From Nitrospirales bacterium (GTDB lineage: Bacteria; Nitrospirota; Nitrospiria; Nitrospirales; UBA8639): a stretch of DNA of 64,000 nucleotides. The stretch covers positions 1,699,989-1,763,988 of the forward strand of contig OY843588.1 in NCBI GenBank assembly GCA_963692935.1, given 5' to 3'. A model generated the notes under the pieces. It saw only the letters and a program-made list of their open reading frames with translations. It was not told where the DNA came from and did no database searches. Of this stretch, positions 9,166-17,508 are shown one piece after another. A program made the position numbers and the translations under genes. Position 1 is the stretch's first letter. Each line of letters starts with the position of its first letter.

Positions 9166-10086
9166 TTACCCAAACCTACAGCTCGCCCATGCGGCATTTG
9201 TCCATGTCTTCACTCTATCTAATACCTTCTTATTGATGTTGTCACTGAAATCAACAATCCGACAGCGATCAAACAGCAAGCCTCCCTCATCGACGGTTTT
9301 ATGCCAACGATCTTCGGGCAAAGCCTCTGCAACAAAAAACATGCGAACAGGGGTAAGAGGGATGGGGGAATGCATCCAGTTTGCACAAAATGAGTCAGGC
9401 CGCATATGGGTGAGTGCGTCCTCGTAGTTGGTCCCAGTCTTACACTGACCAAAAGCAATGAGTTTCCCTGCCTTGCCATCGGTAAAGCGTTTCCAAACGA
9501 CAACATCCAATTTCCCGTCCTTCGGATTCGATGATGTCTCGAAGTACTTCTCAAAACGGCCACCCTCTTTCAGTCGCTTGCAAAGGTTGTTGACCTTATG
9601 TGGAAAACTCGGCATCCCAGCAGCGGTGCCAAACACAAGGCTCTCGGCACGATTACCAAAATATTCTCGAGCTACTTCTGCAGCGAGTTCTTCGAAAAGT
9701 AGCGTGCCATCAATACCCGCGTGAAGTCTGTTGGTGCCCATATCCAGCCGGGTTGCCAGGAGCAGATATTTGTAAATGATGTATCTACGGTTTGCGGGAG
9801 CATGATCGACGTAGAGCGAGTATCCCTGATCGCCAACCACAAACGGATAACCCTCCCTACACGCTTTCTCGCGTTTCTCAATCTCCCCGTACGCTTCGTG
9901 CACTTCGCCAACCTGTGGATCTTCTTCTGGCACACCGCCAGCGTAGTCGTTGTCTTCAAGCCGACTGATATCCTGGGACAAAGCAGTCACCGACGTACCA
10001 TTGTCCCGCCAACAAACCAGCTCGGCAAAATCGCCAACTTCGTGAGCAGGTGCACGAACACTTGGTGTCCCAGGCCATTTGAACAT
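9166..10086 (-). CDS. Predicted PD-(D/E)xK (Mrr-type) nuclease-fold protein of unknown family
   Basis: 306 aa. The core reads FEELAAEVAREYFG (E132/E133) ... KDGKLDVVVWK (D194) ... FGQCKTG (Q214-x-K216), with the spacing and hydrophobic pattern typical of restriction-endonuclease-like folds. The start overlaps the stop of the ParB-like gene by 1 nt. Confidence 0.55.
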   Translation of the reverse strand: MFKWPGTPSVRAPAHEVGDFAELVCWRDNGTSVTALSQDISRLEDNDYAGGVPEEDPQVGEVHEAYGEIEKREKACREGYPFVVGDQGYSLYVDHAPANRRYIIYKYLLLATRLDMGTNRLHAGIDGTLLFEELAAEVAREYFGNRAESLVFGTAAGMPSFPHKVNNLCKRLKEGGRFEKYFETSSNPKDGKLDVVVWKRFTDGKAGKLIAFGQCKTGTNYEDALTHMRPDSFCANWMHSPIPLTPVRMFFVAEALPEDRWHKTVDEGGLLFDRCRIVDFSDNINKKVLDRVKTWTNAAWASCRFG

Positions 10087-11192
10087 CAGTTGTCTTCTGC
10101 AATACGCTGTTTTTTCCCAGGATTGTGCTTGCGTTCCATCTCCCTGTAGAGATCATCCGCAAGATTTGCCACCGTGCCAGCGATTTTTAACGTTTCCCCG
10201 GAATTGTCATAGCCTGTGGAAAGCATGCCCCGTGCCGTCTGAAGTTGTTGTTTCGCATTAAAGAGCGAGTCCTCGAAAACCGCGGATGACGGGCGGGTCA
10301 CCTCAAGAGCAGCGTCAAGGGTATCTCCAGCACGTAGGGTAGCAATGGCTTCTTTGCTGGCTACGACAGCATCAAGATACCGAAGATGCGGGTTTTGTTT
10401 CTGAACAACGGGAAGTTTATCATCTCGCTTGCTACCATACAGCCAGAGGCAAAGCTCACCGAGTTCTTTTTTCTTCTCTGGAGGGACAGGTGCCCGATCA
10501 TCTTCAGTATCTGATTGCAAACCGATAAAGGCACTGATGCCAGAGTAGGTGACGCCCGTGTACAGATGGGAGAACGAGAAATGCTTGTTCCAGCGATCGT
10601 CGCGATTGAATACCTTCAGTTTTTCTGCTTGCTCAATGATCATCAGACCTTGGAACAGTCTCTGGACGGTCTTGTGAGTATCGCCAATCTGATTCGCGAT
10701 ATCTTCAAGGCTGACATCGTAGTTGGTGTGCACCTCGGCGATGTAGCGAGCTTTAGCGTAACTGCTCCATTTGGCCGGGCCGTTCACATGCTTGAAACCG
10801 AGATAACGCCAGACACGTTTACGCTTTTCAAGCACAGCGGGAAGTGTTTGGAGTGCTTCCCTGGCTTCCCTATTGATACGAGGAACACCTGCCCGTTGGA
10901 CTTCGGTAAGTAGGGCTGGGTCCAGAAGTACTTTGACCGCGGCAAGACGACGATTCCCTTCAATAACAATGTTCTTTCCATCCTCCTGCTCAACGATCAC
11001 GGGTTCGTGGCGAAAGAACCCGCTGGTTCCGATGGACAGCACCAGTTCTTTTACATCCATCGCATCCCATAGAATTTTTATCACTTCTTTATCTGTTGCG
11101 CTGTCGGACAGGTTAAATTCCGGCAGTCTGGGATTCTTGAGATCGAATGCCAGATCCGAAACTTTCATCTCCGTGATTTTGGGGACATTCAT
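10086..11192 (-). CDS. ParB N-terminal (ParB/Srx) domain protein with a central HTH-like segment
   Basis: 368 aa. The N-terminus MKVSDLAFDLKNPRL is followed by IVIEGNRRLAAVKVL, which resembles the ParB GxxRxxA box. An HTH-like stretch reads SLEDIANQIGDTHKTVQRL. The gene overlaps the MTase stop by 4 nt. Confidence 0.65.
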   Translation of the reverse strand: MNVPKITEMKVSDLAFDLKNPRLPEFNLSDSATDKEVIKILWDAMDVKELVLSIGTSGFFRHEPVIVEQEDGKNIVIEGNRRLAAVKVLLDPALLTEVQRAGVPRINREAREALQTLPAVLEKRKRVWRYLGFKHVNGPAKWSSYAKARYIAEVHTNYDVSLEDIANQIGDTHKTVQRLFQGLMIIEQAEKLKVFNRDDRWNKHFSFSHLYTGVTYSGISAFIGLQSDTEDDRAPVPPEKKKELGELCLWLYGSKRDDKLPVVQKQNPHLRYLDAVVASKEAIATLRAGDTLDAALEVTRPSSAVFEDSLFNAKQQLQTARGMLSTGYDNSGETLKIAGTVANLADDLYREMERKHNPGKKQRIAEDN

Positions 11193-12043
11193 CGTCTTCT
11201 CCTTACAGGGAGTTGTACATAAGACGGCGTGATCAGGAGCTCCTGTGTCTGTCGCTTTCGTTGGAAGCTGTACTGGATTGGGAGACGGGAGATGGCACAG
11301 GTCGTATACATCTTTTCAATAGGGGGAACATCATCGTAAGACATGACCCATTTGAGTATGCGGTATCGTCGTACATAGCAAGCCAGTTGCCGGTGGTCAC
11401 AATCCTCGTAGAAATCCCGATAGAGGCGATTCCCGTTTGAATGATACGGAGGGTCAAGATATACAAAGGCTTGTTTCCTGCCACGCCCACGGGGCAGTTC
11501 CTTAACCAAGAACTTAATGGCGTCTTCATTAGATATGTGAATTTGCTTTCGTTTTTGCGCGATCATGCTGACTCGCTTGGCGAGGGCCTTCCGATAAAAA
11601 CGAGCATTTATTTTCCATTCCCCTGTTTGCCTGTAGCCCCCAATGGGAGCAGATCCAACCAGACCCCCCGAATGATTGCAACGATTCAGGTAGAAGGTGG
11701 AGAAGCCAAGTTCAAAGGGCTTACTGGCGTCACCACGTTCGCTGACACACAATTGCCTCTTCCATTCCGCAACACTCACTGGAACCGACAGAATCTTTTT
11801 TGCAAACCGATCTGATTCATCAAGAACAGACCGCCAGAAAGTCGTGATACGAGGATTGTAGTCGTTCAGATAAATCTCCGAGACGACACCTTTGCGAAGA
11901 AGGTGTAACGCGGCACCGGCCCCACCAGCAAACGGCTCATAGTAGGTGCAACCGGAGAGTTTGTTCTGTTCGATTATCTGAGCAAGGAAATTTGCAATTG
12001 ACGACTTTCCCCCCGGATACCTGAGTGGGCTGTCATATTGCAT
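11189..12043 (-). CDS. Dam-like N6-adenine DNA methyltransferase (D12 class, alpha order)
   Basis: 284 aa. Diagnostic blocks are LRYPGGKS, the SAM motif EPFAGGAG, and the catalytic motif YLDPPY. A GAGG ribosome-binding site lies about 11 nt upstream of the ATG. Confidence 0.88.
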   Translation of the reverse strand: MQYDSPLRYPGGKSSIANFLAQIIEQNKLSGCTYYEPFAGGAGAALHLLRKGVVSEIYLNDYNPRITTFWRSVLDESDRFAKKILSVPVSVAEWKRQLCVSERGDASKPFELGFSTFYLNRCNHSGGLVGSAPIGGYRQTGEWKINARFYRKALAKRVSMIAQKRKQIHISNEDAIKFLVKELPRGRGRKQAFVYLDPPYHSNGNRLYRDFYEDCDHRQLACYVRRYRILKWVMSYDDVPPIEKMYTTCAISRLPIQYSFQRKRQTQELLITPSYVQLPVRRRR

Positions 12044-12241
12044 ATCAGATCAACCTCTACAGTCGCCTGCCTCATTGCAAACCACCACGCCGACATGCAG
12101 GGGAGTGTCGAATAACATGAGTTTCACGCTCGCAACAGGCACGGGTGATGGTGGTGGCAGTGTCAGGATGTGGCTTGTACCAGATCGTTTGTGCAGGTTG
12201 CTCAACTCTTGCCCCTGTCACGCAATACTCAACCGTCACAC

Positions 12242-13114
12242 TCACCCCTCCAGCGCCAGCCTCACCGTCTCCCCGATCTCCGCGGGATTGCGGGCGACGC
12301 GCACGCCGGCGGCTTCGAGGGCGGCGATTTTTTCTTTGGCCGTGCCTTTCCCACCGGTAATAATCGCCCCCGCATGACCCATGCGGCGACCTGGAGGCGC
12401 GGTCAGACCCGCGATGAAGGCGATGACCGGTTTGGTCATTTCCCGTTTGATAAACGTCGCGGCGTGTTCTTCGGCGTCGCCGCCAATCTCCCCGATCATG
12501 ACCACGGCTTTCGTTTCATCATCATGTTCAAACATGTGCAACAGATCAATGTAACTCGTGCCAATGACGGGATCGCCGCCAATCCCCACACAGGTCGTTT
12601 CGCCAAGCCCCAGATTCGTCAACTGATTCACCGCTTCATAGGTGAGGGTCCCACTGCGGGAAATCACGCCGACCTTGCCTTTCTGATGAATGAAGCCCGG
12701 CATGATGCCGATCTTGCACTCGCCGGCCGTGATAATCCCCGGACAGTTAGGGCCAATCAGCCGGGTCTGCGTACTCGACAACGCACGTGTCACCCGCACC
12801 ATGTCGTTGACGGGAATCCCTTCCGTGATGCACACCACCAGCCAGATCCCCGCATTCGCGGCTTCAAGAATCGCATCGGCGGCAAAGAGCGGCGGCACAA
12901 AGATCAATGACGTGGTGGCCTCCGTCTTGCGCACGGCTTCACGCACCGTGTTAAACACGGGAATCCCTTCGACCTCCTGACCGGCCTTGCCGGGCGTCAC
13001 ACCGGCGACCACGTGCGTGCCGTAGGCTTTGCACTGCGTCGCATGGAAGGACCCTTCTTTCCCCGTTATCCCCTGCACCACCACCCGCGTTGCTGTATTC
13101 ACCAGGATGCTCAC
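12242..13114 (-). CDS. sucD: Succinyl-CoA synthetase alpha subunit
   Basis: 290 aa. It starts [24 protein letters not shown] and contains GPNCPGII. The active-site His region reads [14 protein letters not shown]. Confidence 0.95.
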   Translation of the reverse strand: MSILVNTATRVVVQGITGKEGSFHATQCKAYGTHVVAGVTPGKAGQEVEGIPVFNTVREAVRKTEATTSLIFVPPLFAADAILEAANAGIWLVVCITEGIPVNDMVRVTRALSSTQTRLIGPNCPGIITAGECKIGIMPGFIHQKGKVGVISRSGTLTYEAVNQLTNLGLGETTCVGIGGDPVIGTSYIDLLHMFEHDDETKAVVMIGEIGGDAEEHAATFIKREMTKPVIAFIAGLTAPPGRRMGHAGAIITGGKGTAKEKIAALEAAGVRVARNPAEIGETVRLALEG

Positions 13115-13183
13115 ATTCCGTTCCTTCCCTTGATGGTTCCACGCTCGCCGCCCGTCACCGGATACACCGGCACGTCGCGCGGG

Positions 13184-14368
13184 TCAGCCCTTCCGTTTTT
13201 TACCCTTCATGGCCACAATTTTCTGCGCGGCTTCCCACAGATCCGTCGCCACGTCAACGCGCACCCCCGACTCGGCCAGCAATGTCCGCCCTTCCTCCGC
13301 ATTGGTCCCCTGCAGACGAACCACCACAGGCAGGGTGATGCCCACTTCCTTTGCGGCCTCAATGACGCCATGGGCAATACGCTCGCACCGCACAATGCCC
13401 CCGAAAATGTTGATGAAAATTCCTTTGACCTTTCTGTCCTTGAGCAGAATGCGCAAACCGGCGGCCACGGTTTCTTTGGTCGCGCCTCCCCCAACGTCCA
13501 GAAAGTTGGCCGGTTCCGCACCGGCCAGCTTGATCACGTCCATCGTGGCCATGGCCAACCCCGCCCCGTTCACCATGCAGCCAATGTCTCCATCCAGTTT
13601 CACGTAATTGAGATTGTGGTTGCCGGCCTCGATTTCAAGCGGCTCCTCTTCGTGCAGATCACGAAACGCCTGAATGTCCGGGTGCTTGCACAACGCATTG
13701 TCATCAAACGAGACCTTGCCATCGAGTGCGACAAGCTGATTCTCCGTGGTGACGACTAACGGATTGATCTCCACCAGTGAGGCGTTCTTTTCCATAAACA
13801 GGCGATAGACATTCTCCAGCAGGGACAGCAACGCCTTCATCACCGTTTTATCCAGCACGGACGCCCCCAGCGCAAAGGCCAGATTGCGCCCGTTATACCC
13901 TTGAAACCCGACGGCGGGATCAATCGCTTCCCTGACGACTTTCTCCGGCGTCCGCTCCGCCACCTCTTCAATCTCCATGCCGCCTTCGGTACTCGCAATG
14001 AATGTTGGCGTCCCCGTTCCCCGATCCACCAGCAGCCCGAGGTACAACTCTTTGGCAATCCCCACGCCTTCCTCAATCAGCAGACGCCGGACTTTTCTGC
14101 CTTTCGGCCCCGTTTGATGCGTCACCAGGGCCTTCCCAAGGAGCGCGCGCGCCAGGGTCGGCACCTCGTCTCTCGTCTGTGTGATTTTGACTCCGCCGGC
14201 TTTGCCCCGTCCCCCGGCATGAATTTGTGCTTTGACGACGTAGACCGATGTGTCCAGCGCGGCGGCCCATTTTTCAGCGACACGCGGTGTCTTCACGGCC
14301 TTGCCCCGTGGCACGGGGATGCCATAGTGCGCAAACAACTCTTTCGCCTGGAATTCGTGGATGTTCAT
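13184..14368 (-). CDS. sucC: Succinyl-CoA synthetase beta subunit (ATP-grasp)
   Basis: The canonical N-terminus MNIHEFQAKELF starts at the ATG at 14368. The ORF track begins 6 codons upstream of that. Confidence 0.93.
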   Translation of the reverse strand: MNIHEFQAKELFAHYGIPVPRGKAVKTPRVAEKWAAALDTSVYVVKAQIHAGGRGKAGGVKITQTRDEVPTLARALLGKALVTHQTGPKGRKVRRLLIEEGVGIAKELYLGLLVDRGTGTPTFIASTEGGMEIEEVAERTPEKVVREAIDPAVGFQGYNGRNLAFALGASVLDKTVMKALLSLLENVYRLFMEKNASLVEINPLVVTTENQLVALDGKVSFDDNALCKHPDIQAFRDLHEEEPLEIEAGNHNLNYVKLDGDIGCMVNGAGLAMATMDVIKLAGAEPANFLDVGGGATKETVAAGLRILLKDRKVKGIFINIFGGIVRCERIAHGVIEAAKEVGITLPVVVRLQGTNAEEGRTLLAESGVRVDVATDLWEAAQKIVAMKGKKRKG

Positions 14369-14479
14369 AATGTTCCCTTCATGCAATGCTTCGCGCTACG
14401 GTCGCCCGGACACCATAAAACCTTATGGGAAAGGGGCATAAAACGTGGCCGACCATGCTGTATCACTTCCCCGCACATT

Positions 14480-15019
14480 CTACCGGGAAAGATTTCCGAA
14501 ATGCGGATTCATCTCGACGAAGTGTGAACAAGCCGATTTCAACTCATGTGAAGCATGTTGCCAAAACACGACATCCACCGTGAAACCCTCCGCAACCAGA
14601 CGAGCCACCGCAGGCACATAGTCGCCATCGCCGGCCACCAGAATGAACGTATCACTGGACTTGTCAGCCTGTGTGAACGCATCTACAAACATCGCCGCCA
14701 CGATACCCGTGTCTATTTTCTTTTCTTTGTTGGCGGCACTGCGATCTTCAATGACCAGGTCAAACCCCTCGGACTTGGCGGCAGCCCACAGCGAATCGTT
14801 TGACGGCGGACGCGACCCGAACAGCATGGCCCGCTTGACATTCTGGCCATTGCTGGCGACAAACTTGTACAACTTGCCGAAGTCCAGACGGTAGGTGCGG
14901 TCAAAAATTTGACCGCTGATCGCATCACGAATGTTCAACGCAAGGCCGTTTTCCACCGCCGCGCCTCGTTGTCCTTCTATGAAAACGTTTGAGTTGTCAA
15001 CATACACGAAACCAGCCAT
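14480..15019 (-). CDS. NYN/LabA-like (PIN-like) ribonuclease domain protein
   Basis: 179 aa. Acidic motifs are VYVDNSN, KKIDTGIV and LVAGDGDY, in the order typical of NYN domains. Confidence 0.7.
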   Translation of the reverse strand: MAGFVYVDNSNVFIEGQRGAAVENGLALNIRDAISGQIFDRTYRLDFGKLYKFVASNGQNVKRAMLFGSRPPSNDSLWAAAKSEGFDLVIEDRSAANKEKKIDTGIVAAMFVDAFTQADKSSDTFILVAGDGDYVPAVARLVAEGFTVDVVFWQHASHELKSACSHFVEMNPHFGNLSR

Positions 15020-15063
15020 GACACACCTCCAATAAGAACAACAAGTCTGGACACGACCTGCCC

Positions 15064-16644
15064 CTATAGCTGCCCGGCATAATCGGGAAACACGCGCGGC
15101 GAGATAACCTGAGCGGCGACTTTGTGTTTCCTGGCTTCGTCCCTGAAGCGTCGGAGATGGTTCAACGTCAACTGACCCTGGGAAATGGTTTTGGCTCGCG
15201 CCGCCGCCGTGATCCCCGACCGCTTTCCGAATACCATCAGATCCAACAACGAATTACCCATTAGACGATTGCGCCCGTGCAACCCCCCGGATGTTTCTCC
15301 CGCCACAAAGAGCTGCTTCACGGGCGTTTCGCCGTCGGTGTCAACTTTCACGCCCCCATTCTGGTAATGCAGCGTGGGATAAATCAAGACCGGCTCGGTG
15401 CGGATATCCATCCCGTACCGCGCATACTGGCGAACCATGGCGGGGAAATGCTTCTCCAGCGTGCCCTCGCCATGCTCCACCTCAAGCCCAGGGGTATCCA
15501 GCCACACGCCTACTCGACCGGTGGCCGTTTGCACACCGCGACCTTCTTCACATTCCCGAATAATGGACGACGCCACCACGTCGCGGGTGTCCAGTTCATT
15601 CACAAAACGTTCGCCCTTCGCATTGACCAGATGGCCGCCCTCCGACCGTATCCCCTCGGTGACCAACTGCCCGACAAGCTGTTCGGGATACGCACAACCG
15701 GAGGGGTGATATTGAAAGGTGTCAATGTGTACGAGCGGAACCCCCATGCGATAGGCCAGTGCGAGACCGTCGCCCGTGGCGCCGTAATGATTGCTCGTGG
15801 GGAATCCCTGAATATGCAACCGCCCGATGCCGCCGGTGGCGACAATCACGGTTTTGGCTGCCACCACGATGTGGCGCTGGTTGTCCAGATCCCGAAACAC
15901 GGCGCCGGAACAGGCCCCGTGTTCGTCACTGAGTAACTCCACGGCCGCGGCAAACTCAAGCAGGCGAATGTTCTGATTGAGCACCTCATCTTTGAGCACC
16001 CGCATCATTTCAAGCCCGGTGTAATCCGAACAGGTCAGCAACCGCGCCCTGGTGCTGCCTCCGCCCCGTTTGACGTGCAGATTGCCGTCGGCATCCCGAT
16101 CAAAGAGCACGCCCAGTTCCAGTAACCACTTCGCAATGGAAGGCCCTTCCTCGACCATCGTCCTCAACAACTGATGGTCGTTTTCCATGTGCCCCCCCTT
16201 GAGGGTATCCAGGAAATGCTGGACAGGGGAATCATCGGGCGCCACGGCAATTTGCATCCCCCCCTGGGCCATCACCGAATTGGAATCCCCCAGACGCAAT
16301 TTTGTCGCCAGGAGGACATTGGCGCCCTGCCCGTGGGCATGGAGAGCCGCGGCACACCCCGCCCCGCCGCCGCCCACCACCAGCACGTCGACGGTATGCG
16401 CGGGGGTGAGGGGAAGGTCGTCGGCTATCGAGCTGTCGCCTTCCAGAATCGCGGCAAGTTCGTGCACCGTCCGATCCCCCGCATTCGGACCAAACGCAAG
16501 CGGGCGGTAGGCGGTTTGGCGATAATCGGGATGGTATCTGGCAATCAGGGCGTCGCGTTCAGCGAGTGAGAGTCGTGGCAGGTTCTGTTTGCGACGAGCG
16601 TCGCGGGATGTGCGGACAACGTCGTGCAGAGAGTGAAAGTCCAT
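15064..16644 (-). CDS. Fumarate reductase/succinate dehydrogenase-type flavoprotein with an approximately 85-aa N-terminal extension
   Basis: 526 aa. The FAD-binding block VLVVGGGGAGCAAAL is followed by SVMAQGGMQ and then ATGGIGR. No membrane-anchor gene is adjacent. Confidence 0.75.
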   Translation of the reverse strand: MDFHSLHDVVRTSRDARRKQNLPRLSLAERDALIARYHPDYRQTAYRPLAFGPNAGDRTVHELAAILEGDSSIADDLPLTPAHTVDVLVVGGGGAGCAAALHAHGQGANVLLATKLRLGDSNSVMAQGGMQIAVAPDDSPVQHFLDTLKGGHMENDHQLLRTMVEEGPSIAKWLLELGVLFDRDADGNLHVKRGGGSTRARLLTCSDYTGLEMMRVLKDEVLNQNIRLLEFAAAVELLSDEHGACSGAVFRDLDNQRHIVVAAKTVIVATGGIGRLHIQGFPTSNHYGATGDGLALAYRMGVPLVHIDTFQYHPSGCAYPEQLVGQLVTEGIRSEGGHLVNAKGERFVNELDTRDVVASSIIRECEEGRGVQTATGRVGVWLDTPGLEVEHGEGTLEKHFPAMVRQYARYGMDIRTEPVLIYPTLHYQNGGVKVDTDGETPVKQLFVAGETSGGLHGRNRLMGNSLLDLMVFGKRSGITAAARAKTISQGQLTLNHLRRFRDEARKHKVAAQVISPRVFPDYAGQL

Positions 16645-16664
16645 GTCGCAACCGGAATCCCTGG

Positions 16665-17384
16665 CTACGGAATCGCCGCGGAGGTGTGTTGCAGTTCTTC
16701 ATCGGTCATCTTGAGGATGCGTTCCCAGTCGTCGTTGTACCGCCCCTCCGCAATGGCCTGAATGCGTTCGGAAAGGCCCAACGGCTTTTCCATTTCCCGC
16801 GCCCCGTAGGCGCGACTGGCATAGACTCCCACGAAACTGGGCGCAATGTCGGCAATGCACACCGGCGCGCACAAGCCACACATCACACAATCCATAAACG
16901 TTTCCGACACCGCTTTGAAATCGCCAAAGACGGCTTTCCACACCCCCTCGCGCACGTCAATGTTCTGCGGGCAGGCTTCGGTACAGGCATTGCAGTTCCG
17001 GCACAGGGGCGCTTCCGGGTAGAGGTCAAACAACGCCTGCTTGGCATCCTCGATTTGCGTCAAATCATAGGTGGCTTTCCGGGCGGGAAAGGGTGGCGCA
17101 AAGGAAAACGACATGCCGTCTTCCACCGCATGGGAGCAGGCCAGGCAGGTTTTCACTTTCGGGTCGTCTTTTGTGCGGTAGTAGGTTGCGCAGGCGCCGC
17201 AAAAACCGCCCAGACATCCGGCGCCGCGTGTGACTTCGTGGCCGGTGTACCAGAGGGCCTTCATCAAGGTCACCCCCGCCGGCACCTGAAAGGGTTTTCC
17301 GGCAATCTCCACCGTCACCATGGGAGGGTGGAGTGCGTCCTCCTGGTTCAAGGCTGCGCTTTTGTCGAATGATTGGGTGGTCAT
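16665..17384 (-). CDS. Iron-sulfur subunit partner of the flavoprotein (FrdB-like, 2Fe-2S plus 4Fe-4S motifs)
   Basis: 239 aa. Cysteine clusters are CLGGFCGAC, CRNCNACTEACP and CVMCGLCAPVC. Confidence 0.75.
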   Translation of the reverse strand: MTTQSFDKSAALNQEDALHPPMVTVEIAGKPFQVPAGVTLMKALWYTGHEVTRGAGCLGGFCGACATYYRTKDDPKVKTCLACSHAVEDGMSFSFAPPFPARKATYDLTQIEDAKQALFDLYPEAPLCRNCNACTEACPQNIDVREGVWKAVFGDFKAVSETFMDCVMCGLCAPVCIADIAPSFVGVYASRAYGAREMEKPLGLSERIQAIAEGRYNDDWERILKMTDEELQHTSAAIP

Positions 17385-17508
17385 CGTTTCCGTTGATCGT
17401 TCAGGATGATTCCTGTTTTGTCAGCCGGAACGGGAAGGTCGCAACGAACGCCGATCCCGTTCCATGTGTTTTCCAGGCACATGCCCCGGTGAACTGGGGC
17501 ACGCACGC

